The translations under genes were made by a program, and so were the position numbers. Shown here piece by piece: positions 17,836 to 27,000 of a stretch of 64,000 nucleotides of DNA. The stretch is from an uncultured delta proteobacterium (GTDB lineage: Bacteria; Myxococcota_A; Polyangia; Fen-1088). The notes under the pieces are model-generated. The model was not told the DNA's origin. It searched no databases and saw only the letters and a list, made by a program, of their open reading frames with translations. Every line of letters starts with the position of its first letter. Position 1 is the first letter of the stretch. The stretch spans positions 134,431 through 198,430 of the forward strand of contig CAVWIP010000014.1 in NCBI GenBank assembly GCA_963755125.1, read 5' to 3'.

Positions 17836-19344
17836 CTAGATCTTTCCGCCGGTGAGCGAGATGCTGCTCCGAGGAGAGCGGCTCTCGTTGGCGGCGCTCA
17901 CGCGGACGCCGGCGCGATCGACCACCGGGCAGCGGGTCTCGCAGATGCCACAGCCGGTGCAGTAGTCCAGATCGACGAACGGCATCTTCAGCGTCTTCTG
18001 CGAACCGTCGCGAGCAGTGATGGTCTCCATCTTGAAATAGATCGCCTTGGGCGAGGTCGGGCAGACCTCCTCGCACACGATGCACTCGGTCTGGTAGCCC
18101 CAGGGCAGGCAACGGCCCTTGTCGAAGAAGGCCGAGCCGATGCGCACGGGCGGGCGGACCGGCATCTCGCCGACCTTCTTTTCGATGGTCAGTTTCTCGA
18201 TGGCGCCGGTGGGACAGACCTGGCCGCAGAGAACGCAGTTCGACTCGCAATAGCCGATGCGCGGGATCAGGATGGGCGACCAGAAGCCCTCGATGCCGGC
18301 CTCGTGCAGTGCGGGTTGCAGGCCGCCGGTGGGGCAGACCTTCATGCAGGCGGCGCACTTGAGGCACTTTTCCAGAAACGCCCTTTCTTCCAGTGAGCCG
18401 GGCGGCCGAATGCGCGCGGGATTGGGCCGCGGCTCCACCCCGTCCGAGGCGCGCATGAAAGGCACCGCCACCGCGCCCGCCACGCCGGCGCCCAACCACT
18501 TGCGCCGCACCAAATCGATCTTGGTGGTGGAGAGCTTCACCGGCGGCAGGAACCGGTAGGAAAGTCCGCCGCGCGGGCAGCTCTCGATGCAGTTCAGGCA
18601 CACCATGCACTCGGTGGCGCGCACCGTGCCCTGAGGATCGGCCGCGCCCTGGCACTCGGACCCGCAGAACTTGCAGCCCTTGCAGATTTCCGGGTTCTTG
18701 CTGATACGGAACAGGGAGAACTTCGACAGCAGCCCGAGCAGCGCGCCCAGCGGACAGAGTACGCGGCAGTAGAAGCGCGGGTAAATCAGGTTGAGGGCCA
18801 GCGCGCCGAAGAAAACCAGGGTAATCAGGGTTCCCCACTGGAAGTGCCGTTCGCCCTGGTACATGCCGAAAGCGAGGTTGCCCAGCGCAGGCATGACAGA
18901 CGTGGCCAGGCCACGCCAGGTCGAGGCGATGGGGTCGAGCAGGCCGATCTGTACGCTGCCGGCTGCCGCCAGACCGAGCATCACTGCCAGAACCAGATAC
19001 TTGATCTTGTGCGAGGGCCGCGGGGCGTTCTGCTTCACCCGGTCAGGTGGCCGTCGCCTGCGCGCCAGGAAACCCAGAGCGTGGTGCAGGACGCCCATGG
19101 GACAGATCCACGAGCAGAAGAAGCGGCCCAGGATCAGGGTGGGCACGATGATGACCAGCGACCACAGCAGCGCGTGGTGCAGCGAGTGTGAGGCCAGCGC
19201 GGTGGTGACGGCCACCAGAGGGTCGAACTCGAGCAGCCATTGCACGTCGTAGCCGCGGATCAGCCCCGCGGTGGTGAGCAGGACGAAGAACAGGAAGAAC
19301 CCGAGAAAGACAACCTGGTAGCTGCGACGCAACCAACGAAACAT
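17836..19344 (-). CDS. Membrane polyferredoxin (NapH/MauN-NapG/MauM-like fusion)
   Basis: Multiple TM helices; CSWICP and CRVLCP; six CxxCxxC-type motifs; internal VRRKWL; IRPPG. Confidence 0.85.
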   Translation of the reverse strand: MFRWLRRSYQVVFLGFFLFFVLLTTAGLIRGYDVQWLLEFDPLVAVTTALASHSLHHALLWSLVIIVPTLILGRFFCSWICPMGVLHHALGFLARRRRPPDRVKQNAPRPSHKIKYLVLAVMLGLAAAGSVQIGLLDPIASTWRGLATSVMPALGNLAFGMYQGERHFQWGTLITLVFFGALALNLIYPRFYCRVLCPLGALLGLLSKFSLFRISKNPEICKGCKFCGSECQGAADPQGTVRATECMVCLNCIESCPRGGLSYRFLPPVKLSTTKIDLVRRKWLGAGVAGAVAVPFMRASDGVEPRPNPARIRPPGSLEERAFLEKCLKCAACMKVCPTGGLQPALHEAGIEGFWSPILIPRIGYCESNCVLCGQVCPTGAIEKLTIEKKVGEMPVRPPVRIGSAFFDKGRCLPWGYQTECIVCEEVCPTSPKAIYFKMETITARDGSQKTLKMPFVDLDYCTGCGICETRCPVVDRAGVRVSAANESRSPRSSISLTGGKI

Positions 19345-19346
19345 GG

Positions 19347-20402
19347 TCAGCCCCCCAGTTCGACGGTCTTCAGGCTCTGCCACTGCAGCGTGCCCAGGCC
19401 GGCCTTCATGCCCTCGACGATGAAGCCGACGTCGTTGGGGTTGAGTCCGAGCAAAGTGGCGCCAAAGGCATCGAGAGCGACCTCGTCGTTGCCGGCCGCG
19501 ATGGTGTCCATCTGTTTCACGTCGGCCAGGCTGCCGCCGGTGGGGCCGTTGGCCAGAAGAATGCGCGTGGCATCCAGGATGGTCAGGGTGGGTTTCACCA
19601 TGGCCGCCAGGTCAATGATGGAGAGGTGGATGTTCTGGTGCAGCTTCACGCGCTGGCCGCCCAGCACGCCGTACCAGTTCTTGAGCGACATGGACGCCAG
19701 CGAAAGCCCGTGCTGCTTGACAATCGGGACGTTGATCACGCGATCCGCTTCGACGAAGGGGAAGAGCACATCGCCGGTGCGCAACAGTTTGCCCGACACG
19801 TTCACCTCGCGGAAGGCCGAGGCATCGGGCCGCACCACGGTGGCACCCGCCGCCTTGGCCGCCTTCTCGATGCCCGAGCGGCCGAAGCATTGCTCGGGCG
19901 TGTTGACCGAAGCGTCGGTCAGCCACACCTTGCCCGCGCCCGCCGCGACCACCAGACGCACGACCTCGGCCACCACGTCGGGATTGGTGTTGGCGGCCTG
20001 CTCGGGTGTGCGATTCCAGCCGATGTTGGGCTTGATGACCACGCGCTCACCGCGCCGGACGAAGCGGCCCATGCCGCCCAGAGCTTCTATGGCCTTGCGC
20101 ACGTTGGCCGCAGGGTCCGGCCCGCGCGCGATGGCCATGTCCGTGGCGCCGGCCGGCTTGTCCGCCCGATGATCCTTTATGGTGGGCAGGTCGGCGGCCT
20201 GCTTGCGACTGCCGCGCTCGCGCAGTCCCAGGCCGAGCGCCACCGAGCCCAGGGCCATTGCCGCGGTCGCGCCCACGCGCAGAACCCCGCGTCGGTCCAT
20301 GCCGGCGGCGTCGGCCGACGGCGTGGAGGTCGTCTGGGTGCCTTTGGGAACCTGCGCCGCAGGTACTTTGTCGTACGGGCCGGGCGGTCCGTTGCTGCTC
20401 AT
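19347..20402 (-). CDS. DUF362 protein with twin-arginine signal
   Basis: MDRRGVL; IKPNI; NTNP; INVPIVKQH; SLKNWYG; NGP. Confidence 0.85.
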   Translation of the reverse strand: MSSNGPPGPYDKVPAAQVPKGTQTTSTPSADAAGMDRRGVLRVGATAAMALGSVALGLGLRERGSRKQAADLPTIKDHRADKPAGATDMAIARGPDPAANVRKAIEALGGMGRFVRRGERVVIKPNIGWNRTPEQAANTNPDVVAEVVRLVVAAGAGKVWLTDASVNTPEQCFGRSGIEKAAKAAGATVVRPDASAFREVNVSGKLLRTGDVLFPFVEADRVINVPIVKQHGLSLASMSLKNWYGVLGGQRVKLHQNIHLSIIDLAAMVKPTLTILDATRILLANGPTGGSLADVKQMDTIAAGNDEVALDAFGATLLGLNPNDVGFIVEGMKAGLGTLQWQSLKTVELGG

Positions 20403-20950
20403 TTCATCTTCCCCTTCAGCGCCTTGGCCAGCCCGGGCAGGGCGGCTTCGGCCTTCTTGTCGAAGGCGGTCAGCTTCACGTAGTAACGGCTCGCACGGAA
20501 CACGAACGACATGGGACCGGCGATCGCATCCGGGAAGTCAGTCACAGGCTTGGCCGTTGCTGATTTCTCCGCATCGAAGATCGACTGTGCATTGGCCGGC
20601 TCGGCCATGTCATACACCGCGCAGTCCACGTCGCTGCCGTCCGCTGTGGCCAGTTCGGTTGCAGCCTGCCTGCGGAAGTGGCGCTCTATGAAGATGGGTG
20701 CGGCTCCATCGATGGAGTCAAAGAGACCTTTTTCGTCGTAGAGAGTGACCTTTTCCTTGACCGTGGCGCCGCCCAAGTCGCCCTGGAAAAGCGCCAGCAA
20801 GATTTTGTCCGCCTCGGCGCCCGATGGCCGAGGCTTGCCCGCAGGAACGGCGGTCGCGACCATGGCGCGGTGGCCATCGCGGACCATCCATCCAATGAAC
20901 GCCGGCGGGATGAGCGCCAGCAAGACGAAGAGGGGAGTGCGCACTGCCAT
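20399..20950 (-). CDS. Membrane-anchored DUF6599-like protein
   Basis: N-terminal hydrophobic helix; LFDSIDGAA...VYDM...NAQSIF...RYYVKL; ATGA overlap with the DUF362 gene. Confidence 0.7.
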   Translation of the reverse strand: MAVRTPLFVLLALIPPAFIGWMVRDGHRAMVATAVPAGKPRPSGAEADKILLALFQGDLGGATVKEKVTLYDEKGLFDSIDGAAPIFIERHFRRQAATELATADGSDVDCAVYDMAEPANAQSIFDAEKSATAKPVTDFPDAIAGPMSFVFRASRYYVKLTAFDKKAEAALPGLAKALKGKMK

Positions 20951-21094
20951 GAAGATTATGGCGAACGCACAGCGGCAATCAAGCACGGCCGCGTCGATCA
21001 GTCTGTCGTTGCATGATGGCGCAGAGCCTACAATAATTCCAAGCGGCGGTCTGGGACCGCAGTTCGCTAGCCCCCGCTTACAGGAGAAAACCAC

Positions 21095-21700
21095 ATGACT
21101 CGTCTACGCCTTCTCGGTCTTTGCGCGTGCCTCGTTCTTTCGCTGACCACTATCGCGTGCGGCAGCAGCAACAGCGGTCCACTGACCTGGGACCAGTCGC
21201 GCATCGCCAACACGAGCTCTGATTGGTGGCTGAACGCTCTCAAGGGCGAATATTACTTCTCCTTCGACATAAGCAGTGCGTCGAACCAAAGCGACTGCAC
21301 GATGTTCTCGGATGTCATGACCTTCAGCAATGCCGTCCTGGCCAAGTACAAGTCCGGCGCCGCGCCGGCCACCATGGTCCCGGGAAGCGGCGAGGTTTCT
21401 GGCTGGACGTACGACCCAGGCCAGGTCAAGACCGCTACTGGGCCCGGGATTGCGACTGACCTGACCGGGGCCACGGATCTGATCGACGGCGGAGCAGCGG
21501 CCTTCTTCACGCCCAACTACTCGGCCACGGGCTTTGCCTGGGAGAACTACATCAACGACACCTACAAGTTGGAACTCCAGGTCTGGCAAATGGCGAGTGT
21601 GGCGAACGCCACGCAACTTTACACCGATCTCCTCACGGCCAGTTCACTCTACAGCAACGCGACCTTCACTGCTGTGCCGGCAACCTGTCCCTCTCCCTAA
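21095..21700 (+). CDS. Lipoprotein, apparently circularly permuted DUF6599-like domain
   Basis: GGAG RBS; lipobox TIAC; LIDGGA...VWQM...NATQLY lies downstream of LKGEYYFSF. Confidence 0.75.
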   Translation: MTRLRLLGLCACLVLSLTTIACGSSNSGPLTWDQSRIANTSSDWWLNALKGEYYFSFDISSASNQSDCTMFSDVMTFSNAVLAKYKSGAAPATMVPGSGEVSGWTYDPGQVKTATGPGIATDLTGATDLIDGGAAAFFTPNYSATGFAWENYINDTYKLELQVWQMASVANATQLYTDLLTASSLYSNATFTAVPATCPSP

Positions 21701-21718
21701 AGCCGCTGGCCAGAGATT

Positions 21719-21748
21719 CTGCCAGGGATGCAGCGCCATCCCCGGCAG
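21719..21748. terminator. Hairpin between convergent genes
   Basis: CTGCCAGGGATG-cagcgc-CATCCCCGGCAG, 12-bp stem with one mismatch; no clear U-tract. Confidence 0.4.
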
Positions 21749-21764
21749 CGGCGTTGCTTCTCGC

Positions 21765-23000
21765 TCAGACTTGAATCAGCGAGTAGTTCTTGCTGCCCAG
21801 GCCGGCGGCCGCGGCGTTGTCGATCCAGGGCAAGCTGCTGACTAGGGGTTTCATGCCGGCGGCAGTGCGAAGCTGGCTCATCAGAACCAGGGCGTAGCTG
21901 TCGAGTGCGACTGGGTCTTGCGCCAAGAGGATTCGCCCGGGGGTGGCATTGGGGGGAGATGAGGTGTCGCCGGAGATGACCGCGATGAGTGCGTCGACGA
22001 TGGTCAGGGAAATCGAGTTGCGGATGGCCGGCAGGGCGTAGAGCTTGGGCAGCGCGGCGTTGAGGCTGTCGTGGTACAAGTCCGGGATGTCGATGATGCC
22101 GTAGATGTTCTTCATGGCTGCCGTGACGGTGGACACCCCATGGGTCTTGAACACCGGGCAGTTGATGGTGATGTTGGTCAGGTCGGGATCAGTCAATATG
22201 CGCGACAGGCGTGGTGATTGGCACTCGATGGGCGGGCTGATGGCATCGCCGTAGCCAAGCCCGGCGGGCGTGACCGTGGCCTCGGTTTGGCCCTTCGATG
22301 TATCGAAGGGCCCGGTCAATGTTCCCAGGAGCTGGGCGCCAGCCAAATCATCGACGCTGTACTTGCCGGCGTCGTTGAGCTCACTCAGGTAGCGGTCCCA
22401 CACGACAATCGTCGTCGGATCCACTCCCAACTTGTCGCGCAGGCTGGCGATGATGGCATGCACGACGGCCGGCGAAGTTGGTAACAGGCCGTTGAGGCAG
22501 TTGACCTTGAGCCCGATGCGCTGGCCGGGCCGGTAGTTCGGCAGCAGAATCTGCCACGGGTTGTCCACACCACCGTCCGATCCGGGCTGCCCGCCGTCAC
22601 CCGCTGCGCTGCCGCCATCGGCGTCAGACAGGGCTGCATTGTCCGCCTGGGCGCCGCCATCTTGCGCTGACGATCCATTGAACAGTGCGACCTGGCTGGC
22701 CAAGGCCGTCAGGCCCGCGTCGACCATGCCCGCCACCACGTCGGCATTGATGACGTTCGTCGCTCCTGACGTCACACTGTCCTGGCGGAAGACCTCGACC
22801 ACCGTGGGCGTGACCGACGGAAACGTGCCTGCGGCTGGGCCCCCGTCAGGTTCCGGGCATGAAGCCTGCGCGGCGGCGTCTGGCCAGCGTCCGCCTACGC
22901 TGGGAAAGCAACCGGCCAGCCCGGCCACCGACGCCGCAGCCGCCGCTTTCGCGGCATCGGCCAGAATCTCGCGGCGGGTTCTGCCTTCAACTCTTGCCAT
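21765..23000 (-). CDS. DUF362 Tat lipoprotein
   Basis: RTRREIL...LAGC; LKVNCL; INCPVFKTH; AMKNIYG; DPVALD. Confidence 0.85.
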   Translation of the reverse strand: MARVEGRTRREILADAAKAAAAASVAGLAGCFPSVGGRWPDAAAQASCPEPDGGPAAGTFPSVTPTVVEVFRQDSVTSGATNVINADVVAGMVDAGLTALASQVALFNGSSAQDGGAQADNAALSDADGGSAAGDGGQPGSDGGVDNPWQILLPNYRPGQRIGLKVNCLNGLLPTSPAVVHAIIASLRDKLGVDPTTIVVWDRYLSELNDAGKYSVDDLAGAQLLGTLTGPFDTSKGQTEATVTPAGLGYGDAISPPIECQSPRLSRILTDPDLTNITINCPVFKTHGVSTVTAAMKNIYGIIDIPDLYHDSLNAALPKLYALPAIRNSISLTIVDALIAVISGDTSSPPNATPGRILLAQDPVALDSYALVLMSQLRTAAGMKPLVSSLPWIDNAAAAGLGSKNYSLIQV

Positions 23001-23132
23001 GCAACTTCTCTTTCAAGCCGTAACCGAGAAAGATTAGCATGGCCGACGTGAGTCTTCTGGTAGAATCACCTTCGGTCGGCCAAGGGCGGCGGTAACACCG
23101 CGGGGGCGCGGTCCCAGTCCGAGGATTAACAC

Positions 23133-24041
23133 ATGACAGCCATTTCCCGACGCAGTTTCGTTGGCGGCTCCCTCGCGGCAGTCGCGGCCCTTCGCTACGG
23201 GCGTGTTTTCGCCGCCGGTGAGCCCGACATCGTGGACGTTCAGGGAAGCGACCCGCAAAAGATGGTCGCGGCGGTTTTCGCGTCTCTGGGCGGCATCGGC
23301 AAGTTCGTCAAGAAAGGCGACTTTGTCGTCCTCAAGCCCAACGCGGCCTTCGCCAATCCGCCCGATTGGGGCAGCACAACCCACCCGCAGACCGTGCTTG
23401 CAGTGGCCAAAGCGTGCCTGGATGCCAAGGCCAAGGGGGTCATGATCCTGGAGTTCCCGCAAGCCAAGGGCGAGATGTGCCTCAAGCGTTGTGGTCTGCT
23501 CGAAGCCATGGCCACCTTGCCGGCCGTCAAGGTCAAGCTGCTGGCGAATTCGAGCGACTTCCAGAAGGTCGACGTCAAGGGCGGCGTGTCCCTCAAGACT
23601 GCGGACGTGGCCAAAAATCTATTGTCGGCCGACGTGTTCATCAACCTGCCTGCGGCCAAAGCGCACTATCAGGCCGCTGTTTCGCTCGGGCTGAAGAACC
23701 ACATGGGATTGGTTTTCGACCGGCAGATCTTTCACACCGCCTTGGATTTGCACCAAGCCATCGCCGATCTCGGTCTGGTCATCAAGCCGAACCTCACCAT
23801 CATCGACGGCACGCGCGCCTTGCTCACCAACGGCCCGGCGGGACCGGGTGACACGGCGACGCCCGGTCGCATGGTGGCCGGCCGCCAGATCGCATCGGTC
23901 GATGCCTACGGGTTGACCCTGGCCAAGTTCAACAACAAGAGCATGACACCGGCCGACGTGAGGCACATCCAGCTTGCGGGCAAGGCGGGGTTGGGGGAAG
24001 TCGACATCGCGAAGCTGAAGGTGAAGAAGGTTTCCGCCTAG
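23133..24041 (+). CDS. DUF362 protein with twin-arginine signal
   Basis: ISRRSFV; LKPNA; TTHP; INLPAAKAH; LKNHMG; NGP. Confidence 0.88.
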   Translation: MTAISRRSFVGGSLAAVAALRYGRVFAAGEPDIVDVQGSDPQKMVAAVFASLGGIGKFVKKGDFVVLKPNAAFANPPDWGSTTHPQTVLAVAKACLDAKAKGVMILEFPQAKGEMCLKRCGLLEAMATLPAVKVKLLANSSDFQKVDVKGGVSLKTADVAKNLLSADVFINLPAAKAHYQAAVSLGLKNHMGLVFDRQIFHTALDLHQAIADLGLVIKPNLTIIDGTRALLTNGPAGPGDTATPGRMVAGRQIASVDAYGLTLAKFNNKSMTPADVRHIQLAGKAGLGEVDIAKLKVKKVSA

Positions 24042-24057
24042 GCCGGCCGTTCGCGCC

Positions 24058-27000
24058 ATGATGAGACGAGCGGCCATCGCCACAGCTCTGGTGGCGGTTG
24101 CATACGCAAATTTTGCGTGGGCCCGCATTCCGCCCCTGGCCGTGGATCCGGTCGAGGGAATGTGGATCGGCGGTGGCGAGGTCTTCATTTACCAGACGCA
24201 GGGCCGCTGGAGCGTATTCCCAGCCGGCGCCAACGTGAACAAGATGACAGTGGACGCCCAGATTGTGTGGGTGGCCACCGACGACGGCGTCATTCGCTTC
24301 GATTCACAAAGCCGGCGCTCCACCCGCATCACCATGGACGACGGCCTGCCCAGCCAGGTGGTGACCGCGGTGGCGTTCGACGACCAGTTCGTGTGGTTTG
24401 CCACCAACAAGGGTGTGGCACGCTATCGCAAGCTGGACCGGACCATCCGTGTGTACACGGAAAAGGACGGGCTGCCCTCCAAGGTGGTGAACGACGCCCT
24501 GACCGTGGGCCGCCAGGTGTGGTTTGCCACGCGCGAAGGCATTGCCTACTACAGCCCCGATGTCGACGGCCTGCGCGGCTTCGGCGAGGCCGACGGGCTG
24601 GCGGGCGCGGACGTGGCTGAACTCTATCAAGTGGCCGATGAACTGTGGTGCCGCACCGACGCCGGATTGTCGCGCTTTCGCATCGTGCAGCGTGTGTTCA
24701 CCAACTTTTCGCTGGCGATGATGAAGGCGCAACAGATCCGCGTCTTCACCGTCGACGGCACCACCGTGTGGATCGGGACCGACAACGGGCTTTACACCCT
24801 CAACGACTCCGATGACTCGTTGTTGCTGTTCCCTCAGCAGGCTGGGCTCAAAGGCCGCTTCATAACCGGCGTCGAGGTGGACCCCAGCTACGTCTGGATC
24901 ACGACCGACAAAGAGGTCGCCCAGTACAATCGCCTGACCCAATTCATCCGGTTCTTTACCGTGGTCGACAACTTGACCCGAGAGGAAGGCAGCCTTGGCA
25001 CAGTGCTCAACGGCTCCCTGTGGACCGTGATGTTCCCTGACGGTCCCGCGCAGGTCTACGACGAGAACCTCGACCATTTTGTGGAACGCAAGCTCGGGCT
25101 CACCGAGAGCAACGAGAGCAAGACCACCGGCCACGTTTTCGCCAGGCTCAACGCACAGACCCCCTACGACTTCAAAGCCCACCAGTTCGACCCCAACCGC
25201 TACGACACGTCGGACGGCAATCTTTCCTTTGGCCACAGCTTCTCGGAGGATCGCAACCTGAGCGCTTCGGCACGGCTGGACTACGGCACACTGGAAACGA
25301 AAGGAATTCGCACCCTGCAGTACAACGGGGAGTACATGGGTTCGCAGAATGACGTGCTTCGCGACGTGCGCGTGCAAGACCAGCTCAAGTACCAGACCGT
25401 CGAAGAGGGCCTCGATCGGCCGCTATTGTTACAGGGCGCGTACGCGCGTGCGGCCACGCCGGGCGCGGAGCCCAAGGCCAGCGTGTCGGCGACGGGCGGG
25501 TTCCGGCGCGGGGAGCTGGTGCGCGATTTCATCACCGGGCCGCGCCAGACTACCTACCAGCTTTCGAGAAAGTACATCATTCCGGCGTCAGAACGGGTCT
25601 ACGTCGATGGGGTGCAGCTCACCAGTGGAACCGACTACACCATTGTCTACACCGCCGGGCAGTTGTCATTCCTCACCCCGGAGACCATAGACGATCTCAG
25701 CGTCATCTGGGTCGAATACGAGGCCGATCTGATGCCAGTGAAGAACTTGGGCAGTCTGTCCCTGATCGACCTGCTGCCGGCTGACAACGAAGTCGGCACC
25801 TGGGTGCAGACTGGTGGTGTCTCACTGATCACCGATCAGACGGGGCTCTACAACAAGATCGATGGCGGCGCGCCCAAGTACATTGATCGCGGCTGGGTCG
25901 CCAGTGTGTACGTCAATTACAGCCAGGGTTCCCGCGTGATTCAGGTGACCATCTCCGACATGGGCACCGATGCGAACGCCGAGGGCATCTACAACTTCGC
26001 TCTGCCGGCCGCGCGCCTGGCGATTCCCGGCCTGACCAACGCAGTCGTGGACATGGGCCTGGCCAGCGCCTATGCCGCTTACGCCTATCTTGACCACTTC
26101 TACATCGAGATCAACATCAGTGCGAAAGACGACCCCTCGCTGACGTCGATTGAACTGTTCATGAACGAGATCATGAACCGCAAAACCCAGGCGGGGGCAA
26201 ATGCGGGTGACCCGTTCAAGCAATGGATGATGGCCGCGCGGGCGGCCGCCTCGCCGATGCACGGGATGGAGGTCGGCGCGCGGGTGGTGGACCTGCAAGA
26301 CACCGGCAGCCAGCGACAGCAAGTGCTGGACCCGCTCACCGGACAACCCATGATCGATCCCTACACCGGGTTGCCGGTGCAGAAAGTCACGCCACCGCGC
26401 CGGCTGTTGACCGGCGCGGGTGATTTTCGCTATCAGCACGCCGTGGGCCAGGGCGGATTGCTGACCGGCTACGGGGAATTCGCAGGTTCGGATCGGCAGG
26501 ATGCCGGCGCTTCCGATGGCTGGGCGGGTACAGGCTTTGTGCGCCTGTCTTCCCCGACCCTGGAAGGAACGTTTTCCGGCCGCAAGGATTCGCAAGGCTA
26601 CACGGCCCTGGGTAACGACAGCACGCGCTTCGGGAAGCTGGACGACGAGCTACGCCTGAGCGCAACCGGTTACCCGGTGTCATGGTTGCCCACTACGGTG
26701 TTTTTCGATCGCCAGCGATCCTGGGTGGACGATGCCAGTGGTAACCTCACCGACGACGTGGGGGTGATCCAGCACGCCATGGCGCGCGTCCAGATGAACA
26801 AGAAGGGGTTGCCCATGACCAGCCTGCAATTGAGCAGCGCGATTCTGGAAAACTCTAACTTCAGCACCAACCGCATACAAGCCGTGGGCCAGACCGACTA
26901 TGACCTGGCGCAGATTCTTGGTTTCACCCATATAAAGCGCTTCACTGTGCGTGGGCTGTACAGTTTTTCGCAGGCGGAGACCGATCAGAACGGCACTTTC

